Source: Octopus sinensis
Lineage: Eukaryota
Length of the DNA stretch: 64,000 bases
Direction of reading: 5' to 3'
Assembly (NCBI RefSeq): GCF_006345805.1
Contig: NC_042998.1
Span: 184,822,001 to 184,886,000 of the forward strand
This document shows, piece by piece, positions 11,986 through 25,460 of the stretch. A model generated the notes under the pieces. That model was not told the origin of the DNA. It saw only the letters and a list, made by a program, of their open reading frames with translations, and did not search any database. Position numbers and translations under genes: made by a program. The number at the start of each line of letters is the position of its first letter. The stretch's first letter is position 1.

Positions 11986-13670
11986 ATCATCCAATGAACG
12001 AGATCAGTTACTTCCGTTCGGTTGTAGCTACTCATGGAGACGTAAGATAGTGTCACCTTCCATTTTGATCCCGTTATATCGTTATAGCATGAGAGCGATA
12101 TCCTAGCTTTCATTATTATCTTTTAGTCGTAATCGCTAGACGTAGCAATTTTTTGCCGGGATTCCATAAATTGAAGGAGAAGGGATTTTGATGTGAGTGG
12201 AATTTAGAACTCTATTTCGAATTACATTGATTCCACAGTGATTTCTTTTCAAAACTATGAAACTTGATGGAAGTTAAATGCAATGAGACATTATCTTAAA
12301 TTTACCATTCATCTATTTATTCTAACGTCATGTAAGGTTTGTATTAATTAATCACGGTGCCAAGAGATTTTTTCAAGAAGATTGGCAGTTGCCTATGCAT
12401 GAAATCCTCCCTTCAACACCACTGATATTATTCAATGGAAAAGCGACTTCCTTGGGTCGAAACAGTTGGGCAACAGTGTCGTCGTAAATGTTGCTGATCA
12501 GAATGCAAAGAACCGGAGCAGATAGCAAAATATATCTCATCCGATTCTTTAATAGTTCCATCATTCCGCCACCCTTGATTGGCATTTTTTAACGATTCCG
12601 AAAGGATGAAAGGTACAGTTGACCTCATCACGATTTAAACCCGAAATGCAGAGAGTCGGAACAAACACCGTAAAACAGTCTATCCAATAATCCCACACCA
12701 AGGATAATTCACGGTCTTCTTTACCCGCTTTAGTTTGTTGAGGTTTGTTTATTTTATAACCTATTTTATATCACTTGTTTTGGAGAATCCGGAATATCAC
12801 ATGATTTACAGTTCGTTTGTTTTGATTGGTTGTATCTCACCGTTACTTAGCCCTAGGTTAAACCAGATCCAGCAAGTATATGACCAAAGGCGTTCAAAAA
12901 TCATAACGTCTTGTCCTTTCTACCCCAGACGTGTATTTCCACTTTAGAACAAGAAACGGTATAATCTGAAAAAAGAAAAAAAAAATTTAGCTGGTATTTC
13001 AATATTATGTTACCATTTACAAGGAATTAGCCCTAACCACGCAATCTTATGATCAAAGACAGTCTAACTATTATAATTCAATCTATTTATTTTCAGAACA
13101 TCCTTATGTACTTTTTAAAGGCGTTTGGATGTGATATGAAACTGTGGCAGTTGTTTCTAGCAGACTGAGGAAATCAACCCTGTTCAAGCACGCTTATAGT
13201 TAAATATGCTCCAGCTATTACAATCGAATTTTTATTCTGAAGTTCATCCTTTATTATTTTTAAACGGAAACGTTTACTGAAAGGGTGATTTAGTTGCTAT
13301 TTCTATCTGGTTGAGCAAGCACGCAGAGGCTTCTTAGCTTGCTCATTTACAGATTGGTTTATAAAGTTTGTAAAGGCGAGAATTTAAATGTATCTGATAA
13401 CTATAACAGTGAAAATAATTGGTGGTTGCTGGAGAATGTTTTGATATAGGCAGTAAATACTAATTGCACTGAGAAAAAGAGAGAGAGAGAGAAAGAGAGA
13501 AGTATTTTTATTCACAGGTATGTTGTGAATATCAATTGCTAGTAGGAAAATTGAGATGGCGACTAATTATTGCTTCTATTATCGTTTATAAAGCTTTTGC
13601 AGAACGAGAGAGAAAAAGGACAATGATTTTAGATGTTAGAGTGACTATAGTAAATAGTGTGTATGCGTGT

Positions 13671-13746
<76 letters not shown>

Positions 13747-13953
13747 TAGATAGACAGACAGACAGACAGAAAGACTTGAGAGAAGAAGAGGAAGATGGAG
13801 GAAGAGGAGGAGGTGGAAAGAAAGGAAATAATGAACGTAAGAATTAAAGATTGTATGAGAATTTGTATAGATAACTATCGAGTTATCCGTGTATACATGT
13901 GCCACTCACTCTCAGTCACCTTTTTCTCCCTCTCTCTCTAATTGCCTATATGT

Positions 13954-13987
<34 letters not shown>

Positions 13988-14161
13988 ATACACACACACA
14001 CACACATATATATATATACATATATACATATATATGTATATATATATATATATAATATATATACGTATATATATATATAAATGTATGTGTGTATGTATAT
14101 TTATATATATATATATGTGTTAAATAGATGGATAGACAAACAGACAGACAGATAGGCATAC

Positions 14162-14242
<81 letters not shown>

Positions 14243-16035
14243 CAATAAATTACTAAGTAAATGACTGATTAAGTGAATGAGTGAGTGAGCGAGCGAGCAT
14301 GAGATAAATAGAAATAAAATTTAAAGGAAGGCGTTAAAGAGTGTGAATTAGTTTGCGGAGAGAATTAACCATAAAAGTGAGCAAGTATAAGAGTGAGGAG
14401 AGAGAGACGAGATGAATGTATTACATAGAAGTCCAATAAAGAGAGAAAAAGCGAGGGATATAGAGAGAGAAAGAGTAAAAAAAAAAAAGGAGGAGAAAAA
14501 AACAAGAGAGATGGAGAGAGGAAGAATAAACGAGAATGGAAGCTAAATTGAAAAAAAGGCGTTGGTATATTGTTTGGCAAATGCTTGTTCCTACTTTGAT
14601 TACTTTTCTATGCCTAAAGCTAAATTTTGAGTCAAGAGGGTTCAGTTAGCTTCGAAACAAACAGTTGAGTGATAATTATATGACATATGACAGGTGTCTT
14701 GGATGTAAGAATGATACTACAATGAGTAGAATTCTGCACCTGGCCACATGGCATCAATGCACTTGTACACAATATTCTGCATGCAGAAGTGGAGGAGACA
14801 TTAGTGATAGTTGAAGTAGTTACAGTAGAAACGACAATCATAATTTTGGTTTGAATGTTTCTATAAGCATATCGAAGGAGAGGTAACTTTAGGAAGCTAA
14901 TTTGGGGTATATTTTTCGATATTTAAAAATATTACTGTTGATGTATGTATCGCATATCAGAAGAATGTGATTCCACTGGAGCCAACGACAGAGCATTTTA
15001 CGCGATCGATCTGATGACAAAAATAGCAGCTAAATTTCTCTCAAATCCACTCCCAGCATTTAAATAAAATACAATGTTCTCTGTAAAAACAGATGCGATG
15101 GTTACGGTTGGAAAATCTTTGATTGTATATCTACACAATCAGAGTTATGTTGGGACTAAGTAGCACCACCAATATTAATGACAGCAACAAAACAGGATAC
15201 CACTCTTTTCCCACATGATATCATTCTTTTCCCACATGATACAAGAGAAAAGCAATATGGTGCCTGATCAAATGATTAAAGTATTTCATTTGAGGATCCA
15301 GCTATTTGTTGTTCAAATCTTGTCTTGGTGAATAAAATGAGTAGAAATAATATCTTGGCATCGATCCAATAGCTTATAACGCTACACTGACAAAAATCCT
15401 TCTTTGTGATTGGTTAAAAGAAATGAGTATTAATGTGAACCTGAGTTTAAATTTAAGGTCTTTACCGACATATTTCTATCATTAAGCTTCGTCCCTGTGG
15501 CACCTATTTACATCTAAACCATCTTCGACATGCACATCTCAGAACACTCGTTTATATACAGATGTCAGAAATAAAATTATAACCCACGTTTCAGTTACGG
15601 CATTCATAAACTAACTATAGGTGTCGGATGATAATTAAGAAAACGAGGAAGCAGCCAGAGCTGCATCATTCTTTATTGCTCTCAAAAGACCAAAGCAGAG
15701 AAGTAAAACATCTATTTCGTTTAATAAAATAAAGAAACAAACTAAGATATTCGCTACCTACAGACTTCATGATTTATGGCAAAAGAAAATTTGAGACTGT
15801 CAATGTTCTTTTATATGCAGCGTCTTTCACCCATAAATATAAGTTTATATCACGGTTAACATATTTCAATGTCACATCAGGGATACCGTCAGATAAATTT
15901 AGTGTATGAAAATTAATTAAGATATTTACAAATTGTATGTTATAATCCCCTCCTCTTAGCCTTTTATACAAACGTACGCACATATAAAGATATATATGTA
16001 TACACATTTTTTCTCTCCTTGTTTTTTCTGTGTCC

Positions 16036-16070
16036 CTTTCTGTAGAAGAGCGTAGGCTCGAAACATAAAA
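16036..16070 (+). ncRNA. Degenerate minimal hammerhead motif in a Penelope-type repeat
   Basis: CUGUAGA-A-GAGC(GUAG)GCUC-GAAAC; same repeat family as 59395-59430. Confidence 0.4.
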
Positions 16071-17513
16071 TACTTTTTCTATTCCTGAGCGTTATACTAA
16101 TACATCTGTTCGTTTTGTACACCACCTGTCTTCGTCTTTTGTTTTTTTCGTAAACTCTCCCTATATATTTAATTATATAAGTATATATACATATATAAAG
16201 ATATACATATATGTATATACATACTTACATATATACAATGCTGCTTCGAGATGAAGGAGTACTAAACACATGTGTTGAGTATATATTTTTATTAAGGAAA
16301 TTGACGGTACAATTCCTCACAATGACTGACCAGCTATGAGGCTAGGATAAGTAGAGAATCGCCGGACAATCCGATGATCCAAGCTATGTTTGATGGTGGA
16401 TGACCTTGAGCTAAACTACGACAACATAAACTGTTAGTCATTCTCATTGTTAATTTATACCGTTCCTTGTTTCTTATATCATTTTATTCATTCTTCACTT
16501 CTTGAATTAGAAGAAAAAAATTTTATAATCAAGTGAACCTCATTCATCTTACACTTTAATTAAATACGTTATATCTATGTTTTTGTTTTTTTAACGATAT
16601 CAACAACAGCTTAACTGATAGGGCTTGGGAACAACAAATGACAAGCACGCCATCTTAACCAGTCCACGTAATTGTAATCAACTGCACTTCATAGCAGGCG
16701 AGTTAATGAAAGAACCTCTCTGTCCTCTTTCGATCTAAAAGTAATTGCTGACAAAACTACCTTATCTTATAATTCACCGTCTTAATTCAAATGCGATCTA
16801 TTTCAAGTGCGCAGCTATATGCAACGTATGTTTGTAGGGTATATATTACGAAATACCTTATTCTTAAGCTGGTTTTCAGTCTTTGCCTTCTAAATGCAGC
16901 ATATATATTGTATATGTTTGACTGGTTCGGAGGGAAAACGCAAAAGAGTGTACATAGAATCACTAGATTTCAAATACCAGTAAAGAATCTTATTTGCTGG
17001 CGAAATCCGCAGTAATCATGTGAGATGAAACACTTAAACGGCTGAAAATTTCACAAACACTTCTGAATGATTTCCCCCAAAGATCCATTAGGATTTGAAG
17101 AATATAGGTTTTTAATGGTGCCTAGTTTGAACTGGAAATTGTATGACACTCAGATTAGGAAAAAAAAAATATTTCACATAAAATAGAAAAATAAAGAAAT
17201 ATAAGTCTCCACTTGACATTGTCGGGGAATGTTAATGTAACTACACACACACATACGCACACACACACCACACACACATACACTGACACATACGCACACG
17301 CTTAGAGAAACACAGAGGCACATATGTCTCCCTACTTGTGTAGGTGTATTACATGTATTAACATATATCCAAGCAAATGTTTGTTCAATCATAAATTTAT
17401 GACAACATATATGTGTATGAGTGCGCGCCTGCGTATGTATATGCATTCATATGTATATGTGCGTGGTGAGTGTGTATGCGAGTGAGATAGAAATTGGGAG
17501 AGGGATAGAGACA

Positions 17514-17577
<64 letters not shown>

Positions 17578-18170
17578 ATATATATAAATATATGTTTGTA
17601 TGCTTGTTTGTTGTATGCACATATGTAGGTTGGTATGTAGGTAAGTGTAAATAATTAGGAAGGGAGAAGGGTGTATATGAATGTAGACGTACTCATAATC
17701 AAGAGGACCCTTGAGAATGAAACATATATCTCGCTGTAAGAATTCGATCCGATAATTACTAATGACAAACACTGTAGCTCCATAGCACATAACCATTAGA
17801 GCGCTGTGGCATTTTAATGACAACACCGACAGCAACAACAGCAACAAAACTAACGACTATATCAACAAAAACTAAAGAAACACCAGCGAAAATATAGCAA
17901 CAGTAATATCAACAAGAACGACAAAAGTAACCACAACGATATGAAAACCAACAATAGCATTAATATTTGCTAAATAATCGCGAAGCCTCAAATTACTTTT
18001 TTATGGGCAGCGAGAGGCACAGAACCAGCCAATTATAGTGCCGGTACTAACTTTGGTTTTCGATCAAAAGGGATCGTAAAAGGAAAGAAAGAGGAAAGCA
18101 AAAAAGAAAGAGGGGAGGGGAATAAAAATAAAAGGAAAAAGAAAAAATCGATCAATAGGGATCGTTATCA

Positions 18171-19049
18171 CGCTGGTCTTTGGTGCGGTTAGAACTCAGA
18201 ACGTTAGGTTTGTCATGAGTCTTAGGACTCATCAGAGCGGAGTTTAACCCGATTTTCATGGGGTATAACACTCACCTGTGGACGGGACACCGTCGCATGG
18301 TTAACTTCCCAGCAATTGCCGGGTCTTATTTTACTGGTGAGTGGACTGTGGCAATGTGAAATGAAGTGTTTTGCTCAAGAACACAACGTACCGCTGGTCT
18401 TTGGTGCGGTTAGAACTCAGAACGTTAGGTTTGTTATAAGAGCGGGGTTTAACCCGATTTTCATGGGGTATGACAAAGATCATAACACTCACTTGTAGAC
18501 GAGACACCGTCGTATGGTTAACTTCCCAGCAATTGCTGGGTCTTATTTTACTGGTGAGTGGACTGTGGCAATGTGAAATGAAGAGTTTTGCTCAAGAACA
18601 CAACGTACCGCTGGTCTTTGGTGCGGTTAGAACTCAGAACGTTAGGTTTGTTATAAGAGCGGGGTTTAACCCGATTTTCATGGGGTATGACAAAGATCAT
18701 AACACTCACGTTAGACGACAGACGTCACCGTCGATGGTTAACTTCCCAGCAATTGCTGGGTCCTATTTTATTTTACTGGTTTGAGTCCTGTGGCAATGTG
18801 AAATGAGATTTTGCTCAAGAACACACTGTACCGCTGGTCTTTGGTGCGGTTAGAACTCAGAACGTTAGGTTTGTTAAGAGCGGGGTTTAACCCGATTTTC
18901 ATGGGGTATGACAAAGATCATAACACTCACCTGTGGACGGGACACCGTCGCATGGTTAACTTCCCAGCAATTGCCGGGTCTTATTTTACTGCTGAGTGGA
19001 CTGTGGCAATGTGAAAATGAAGTGTTTTGCTCAAGAACACAACGTACCG
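18171..19049. repeat. Tandem array, 4 x ~218 bp, SINE-derived
   Basis: Units start cgctggtctttggtgcgg at 18171, 18392, 18609 and 18832. A tRNA-like head (A box tggcctaatgg) lies on the minus strand at ~19050-19120. Confidence 0.92.
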
Positions 19050-19308
19050 TCCTGTCTGCGAATAAAACCACGCTCTTAATATCGTGAGTTCAACACCCTA
19101 TCCATTAGGCCACGTTGCTTCGTAGGACCGTAAAGAGATGTAACCAATTAAAAACAAGGCATTGCTATCTGTGTCTCTACGAATTCTGCTATATACTGCA
19201 GTTACAACTGTGGACAACAAATTTAGTCCAATAGTAACATCACATGGTCTGGATTTTTAGTAGGGAAAAGTTTGCTGTCTATTACGACCGTAACATCTGT
19301 TTGGTATA

Positions 19309-19704
19309 GCTTTATATATAAAAATGTAGTTGTGTGTCTGTCTCCACCGATTTAGATTCCTAACTATTTCCACATTTTACGGTGCAGTTTAACCAAAAGC
19401 GAGTATCTTATAGTCGTGATTCATATCGAGCCCTTCTGGGTATTAGCGCACGTCTACGATGAGTCTACGATTTAAAAAAAAAATTACCATAATTTTTCCG
19501 CATTTTTAATGCATTTTCGCTCGGTTTATATAAGGGAAGTAACTCTCTAAAAATGTATTATTAAATCTCAGAACGTAAAAAGCTACAGTAACACCCCCCT
19601 TTGTGGTTAGCCATATTGAGATGGCTATTATACTTTACATCTCTAAAAATGCTTATACAGTTATTTCCCTTACAAACCCGAGCAACGCCGGGCGATACTG
19701 CTAG
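19309..19704 (+). mobile_element. Non-autonomous Helitron
   Basis: 5' (T>G)CTTTATATATAAAA; 3' hairpin cccgagcaacgccggg followed by CTAG/t. Five related copies in the window. Confidence 0.85.
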
Positions 19705-19997
19705 TATTTTAAAAATAGTGTTGGATTACGTTGATTAACCTGGGATTTTAAAAAATAAGGTAGTCACAGGAACATTATTATTGAAAAGAAAAAAATGTCT
19801 GATGACCAGGACAGTGCCAAACGTCAACAGCAGCGGCTACAACAACAACAGCAACCAAAACAAGATCGAGAAGAAAGAAAATTTACCTTCAGTCGAGAAC
19901 AACATCAAAGGAACTAATGAGGCGGTCTTCCATGGTTGTTAGACCTGCTAGAAATGGCAGCCAAATTTCTTTCAAATGACAAATATACATATATACA

Positions 19998-20383
19998 GTG
20001 GAGGCGCAATGGCCTAGTGGTTAGGGCAGCGGACTCGCGGTCATAGGATCGCGGTTTCGATTCCCAGACCGGGCGTTGTGAGTGTTTATTGAGCGAAAAC
20101 GCCTAAAAGCTCCACGAGCCTCCGGCAGGAGATGGTGGTGATCCCTGCTGTACTCTTTCACCACAACTTTCTCTCACTCTTACTTCCTGTTTCTGTTGTA
20201 CCTGTATTTCAAGGGCCGGCCTTGTCCTCTCTCTGTGTCCCGCTGAATATCCCCGAGAACTACGTTAAGGGTGCACGTGTCTGTGGTGTGCTCAGCCACT
20301 TACACGTTAATTTCACGAGCAGGCTGTTCCGTTGATTCGGATCAACCGGAACCCTCGTCGTCGTAACCGACGGAGTGCTTCCA
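19998..20383 (+). mobile_element. tRNA-derived SINE family A, full length
   Basis: A box TGGCCTAGTGG and B box GTTTCGATTCC. TSD atacatatatac (19985-19996 / 20384-20395). Near-identical to the copies at 46304 and 55991. Confidence 0.93.
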
Positions 20384-20510
20384 ATACATATATACGAATC
20401 CCTCCACATTCTACGCTTCGTCTATATTTACATAAACATATAAGCTATAGATATGGATATTTAGAGATATGTATATAAACACTCAGTTCATTTCTCTATT
20501 TTGTCGATAA

Positions 20511-20883
20511 TCTCTCTCTATATAAACGGCAGTTTGTCTGTCTGCGTGTCTGTGTGTCTGTCAGGTTGTACCCTCACTCTGACCACGGCTTTCAACCGAT
20601 TCCGATGAAACTTGACACACACATAGCCCAATGTCATAATTCAAAACTAACGCAGCGAAAATTTTGAAAAGTTTCCCCAGTTCTGAAAAAATCGATAAAT
20701 TCGACATAGGGTCGAGAATCAGAAACACAAACCACAGACTGTCTAGGGGACGCAACCCGACCTTTTTAACTCTCAAAAAAAAATTTACCATAATTTTTTT
20801 GCTATTTTTTAGCTATAACTCTCTAAAAATGCTTTATAGTTATTTCCCTTACAAACCCGAGCAACGCCGGGCGATACTGCTAG
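20511..20883 (+). mobile_element. Non-autonomous Helitron, chimeric 5' half
   Basis: a/TC start; same 3' hairpin and CTAG/t end as the 19309 copy, but a different 5' interior. Confidence 0.82.
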
Positions 20884-21046
20884 TATCTAATAACTATCAA
20901 ACCATCACAGTTTCTTTTTTTTGTATAAAAATGTAGATTCTCTCTATTGTAAATTAGTTAGATGAATAATGATAAACGTGAAACTCTGAGTAGTGAATGT
21001 CAGTTTGTTAGCTCTGGTATTTCTGTGGGGGGGGGGGATGCGAGTG

Positions 21047-21082
<36 letters not shown>

Positions 21083-21153
21083 TACAGATATAAACATAGA
21101 GAAAGTTGAGAGACAGAGACAGAAATAGACAAACAGACAGACAGACATATAGA

Positions 21154-21193
<40 letters not shown>

Positions 21194-21205
21194 TAGATAG
21201 ATAAT

Positions 21206-21248
<43 letters not shown>

Positions 21249-21249
21249 T

Positions 21250-21570
21250 GTTTCTTTATTAGCCACACAGGGCTGCACACAGACGGGACAAATTACAAGG
21301 TAGAGCTATTCTTTTTGGAGATAAAAAAGGGGGTTTGGTTTTCGATCAAAAGAGATCGTAAAAGGAAAGAAAGAGGAAAGCAAAAAAAAAAGAGGGGAGG
21401 GGAATAAAAATAAAAGGAAAAAGAAAAAATCGATCAATAGGGATCGTTATCACAGAAATGTCAATATAAAGTGTAAAGGGGAGGACAGGTGAGGTTTACC
21501 CGTGGAAAGAAAAGCCTACGGAAAAGACCACGGCAACCTCGGTCAACGAAGTCACATGTTATATTTTTTT
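21250..21570 (-). mobile_element. Probable LINE 3' UTR inserted in (TAGA)n
   Basis: Minus strand ends ttgtccc...gccctgtgtggctAATAAAgaaa, resembling the SINE C tail. Segment 21334-21452 is repeated at 18052-18171. Confidence 0.55.
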
Positions 21571-21593
21571 TTATAAATAGATAGATAGATTGC

Positions 21594-21681
<88 letters not shown>

Positions 21682-22139
21682 CATATATACATACATGCAA
21701 AATTCGTGATTCGTAGATCAAAGCAAAACATTTGTCATGAAACAAGCGTTTGGAAACTGCAGCTGGTGCTAATCGAGACGCTACAATCTTTATATCTCTT
21801 TTTGCTTTAATAATTTCAGATTTTGCTTTAGGTTGTAGAGAACTGTCTCTTTTCAATCTTCTTTGGTTGCCAATTTAGTATTTATTACTAAGGGAATTGT
21901 GTGTATGGTTTATTGTTTTTCTCATTTTGGCTCCCGCTGGAACGTAGTACAATGGCATAGATATATATATATGTACATACATGTATACACACATACGTAG
22001 ACACACATATATGCAGGTGTTTATTTCTTTTTCAAGGGTAGGAGGGAAAATTGTAATTAGAATTAATAACTTAAGATTGTGGATTTCTTAAAAGCTTATT
22101 AAAAAATTTCGTTTTATATGATTTCGTGTGTTGAAGCAT

Positions 22140-22419
22140 ATTCTGTTGTGTCTGGGGAGAGTCATTTTCTTCTTGTGCCTTATTATGTATCATACTCACC
22201 GGTAAAATTTCCACTTATTTCTTATTTTTATTTTCCTAAAATTTTCGTTGAGTCTTGCAACCTTTTCAATAGTTTTGACTCAAAACTATTGAAAAGGTTG
22301 CAAGACGCAACGAAAATTTTAGGACAATAAAAATAAGAAATAAGTGGAAACTTTAACCGGTGAGTGTGATACATAATAAGGCACAAAAAGAAAATGACTC
22401 TCCCCAGACACAACAGAAT
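22140..22419. repeat. ~140-bp-arm palindrome of Penelope pLTR-like sequence
   Basis: Centre ttttga-c-tcaaaa at 22279; few mismatches. The arms contain a decayed hammerhead-like ctattgaaaag-gttgc(aagac)gcaac-gaaa. Confidence 0.88.
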
Positions 22420-22774
22420 TATTAAAAAAAGAGTAATTAATAGTTTTCATCAAAAAGGCATCAGTAGTTAACAGGAGATATTTTGATTAATCTCCAAGAA
22501 ACTTCGAAAGTGAAGTCTGAGATCTGTAGTCTTCAAGTATCTTTATCTTTTTTCTTTTATCTTTTATTTGTTTCAGTCTTTGGACTGCGGCCATGCTAGG
22601 GCACCGTCTTGAAGGGTTTAGCCGAACAAATCGACCACTGTACTTATTTAACTTTGGTTCTTATTCTATCATTCTCTTTACCCGAACCTCTAAATTAGGG
22701 AGATGTAGACAAACCAGCACAGGTCGTCAGGAGGTTGTGAATTGTCAAACACAAACAGAAAAATACACACACAC

Positions 22775-22805
<31 letters not shown>

Positions 22806-22814
22806 CACACACAC

Positions 22815-22856
<42 letters not shown>

Positions 22857-23089
22857 AACACACACATACACACTACACACACACATATGAGTCTGCTGAA
22901 ATGAATTGATAGGCCCACTTATAAGATCCAAAGATACATCTTTTTTGTCCTCTGATGAAATTATACTCACGTCATATAAATGTAAATTTAATGTGCAAAT
23001 TTGTAATTAAATTATTGAGTATTAATTGAAACGGCTGTAAGAAGCGAAGATGATAAATTATTTCGCTGTTATGTATATGTATATATATA

Positions 23090-23233
<144 letters not shown>

Positions 23234-23324
23234 TAATTAATTAAGGGTAGAAATTGATATTTATCAATTAAGACCAGTGGTCTAGCATATAAAAAAGAAT
23301 CCGAAGATTAAAATATTTATATAT

Positions 23325-23526
23325 ACCAATTAAGGACTGAACACGAAAAGTGGACAGTCAACATGCTAGATATAGACGTCAAATCGCCATTCACCACAAA
23401 AGATTATGTTCTCAGATCAAACTGTTGAGTTTGATCTGAGAACATAATCTTTTGTGGTGAATGGCGATTTGACGTCTATATCTAGCATGTTGACTGTCCA
23501 CTTTTCGTGTTCAGTCCTTAATTGGT
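23325..23526. repeat. Perfect 99-bp inverted repeat with a 4-nt loop
   Basis: Arms 23325-23423 and 23428-23526 are exact reverse complements; loop gttg; (TA)n on both sides. Confidence 0.95.
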
Positions 23527-23644
23527 TATATTATATATAATATATATATATATATATTATATATCTTCTATATAATAAATTAATTACTCTGCTATGTATT
23601 GAGTACCTTATTTACTGTGGTTAACCCCGAATCAACCCGGGACC

Positions 23645-23715
<71 letters not shown>

Positions 23716-23844
23716 CTATGTATATATATAATATATATATGTATTATATAATATAACAATAATTAAGGGTTTATTTTTCTATCTTTATTTCCTTCTACTG
23801 TTTGATTTTTCTATCTGCTGTGAAATCTTTCCTGTATACACACC

Positions 23845-23923
23845 TTGTCTCTGATGACGGAATACCAAGTGTTATGGAGTGTTGACCCATTGATTGGGAT
23901 ATCCTAGAAACAGCTGCTAAGAT
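23845..23923 (+). ncRNA. Penelope-type hammerhead-like motif with extended stem II
   Basis: gucu-CUGAUGA-cGGAAUACCAA...UUGGGAUAUCC-ua-GAAAC-AGCU-G(C)UA-agau. A homologous, more decayed copy lies on the minus strand at ~38290-38545. Confidence 0.5.
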
Positions 23924-24106
23924 ATTACTTCTATTTCTTTTTTGATTCGCTTTACTCTGATTAAATATCCAAAATGACCTGAGATACTTGTCCTGCCTTG
24001 CTTTTGTTTTCCTTTTCCTTTGATATATACTTGCTGACTCGGAAGTCTACTACCGATCCCTAGCTCCAGCCTCAACTGGATCATCCGTGAACTAAACCCC
24101 TCATAT

Positions 24107-24150
<44 letters not shown>

Positions 24151-24433
24151 CTAGCAGTATCGCCCGGCGTTGATCGGGTTTGTAAGGGAAATAACTATAT
24201 AAGCATTTTTAGAGAGTTACTTCCCTTATATAATAGCAAAAAAAATGGGGGAAAATGATGGTAAATTTTTTTTTTAATCGTAGACTCATCGTAGACGCGC
24301 TAATACCCAGAAGGGCTCGATATGAATCACGACTATAAGATACTCGCTTTTGGTTAAACTGCACCGCAAAATGTAGGAGTAGTTAGGAATCTAAATCGTA
24401 GGAGACATACATTCACACAACTTCACTTTTATT

Positions 24434-24441
<8 letters not shown>
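24151..24441 (-). mobile_element. Non-autonomous Helitron
   Basis: ctagcagtatcgcccggcgtt... is the reverse complement of the family 3' end. Confidence 0.85.
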
Positions 24442-24490
<49 letters not shown>

Positions 24491-24859
24491 ACACGCACGA
24501 CACACAGCCTTCAGTTACCATCTGCCAAATCCACTCCCAAAGTTTTGGTCGGCCCGAGGCTATAGTAGAAGACACTTGCCCAAGATGCCAAGCAGTGCGA
24601 CAGAAACGGAAGTGTATAAACATGATATACATTTCCCATAATCCCACGTAAATCAGCTTTATGTAAATTTCGGCCTGTAGTGGTTCAGCAGAAAGTATAT
24701 ACTCACACAATTAATGCTTAATAATTATATCTGATTTACCACCATAGTAAGTATTAACTTAATAATTAATAACTAATAAAATTAAATAATACCTCTCTTA
24801 ATTCAATTGCGCTATGTGAAGGTTAATGGGAATTAAATGAGAATTTAAACCTCACTTAC

Positions 24860-24969
24860 CTTGAGTATCCTTAATTTTGGGAATGATTTGAATCAAATAT
24901 CCATCTGTAACTCTGCATGTGATTTCCTGTTTGCCTTGTATTACATATAAAAATACACGACCCATTTCT
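24860..24969 (-). CDS. Candidate 110-nt exon of an unidentified host gene
   Basis: Apparently unique sequence with acceptor ...ttctacttttcacaacatcataatcAG and strong donor caag/GTAAGT. Open frame EMGRVFLYVIQGKQEITCRVTDGYLIQIIPKIKDTQ; no homology recognised. Confidence 0.25.
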
Positions 24970-25429
24970 CTGATTATGATGTTGTGAAAAGTAGAAATTA
25001 CATTCTTATCATAAAGTAGTTTCCATTGCTTTTTTGCTTTCCGTGTTTATTTCCCCCCGTTAATGAATTTGGATTTTAATCGAAGAAAGATATTTTTCGC
25101 TTTATTTTTCCTACATTTATTATTGTTTTGCAGTGATATCTTGAGTTCCAGCAATACGTTTTCTTGGAATTTATCTATCGAATTATGTATTGTTATCTTT
25201 TGTTATCTTGTTTCAGACATAAGACTGCGGCCATGCTAGAGCACCGCATTGGAGAAAATTTTTTTTTCAGTCGAATGTATCGACCCCAGTACTTATTTGT
25301 TTTTAAAGCCTGGTACTTATTCTATCGGTCTGTTTGCCGAACCGCTAAATTACAAGGACTTAAACACACCAGTACCGGTTGTCAAGCGGTGTGGGATGCC
25401 AAACACAGACACAATGACGCACAACACAC

Positions 25430-25460
<31 letters not shown>

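Noticed and set aside
18171-19049. CRISPR-like periodic array
   Set aside because: Whole units repeat with no unique spacers; eukaryotic context; no cas genes.
19998-20075. tRNA gene-like sequence (also at ~46615-46693 and ~56298-56375)
   Set aside because: It is the head of a ~385-bp SINE with TSDs, not a free-standing tRNA.
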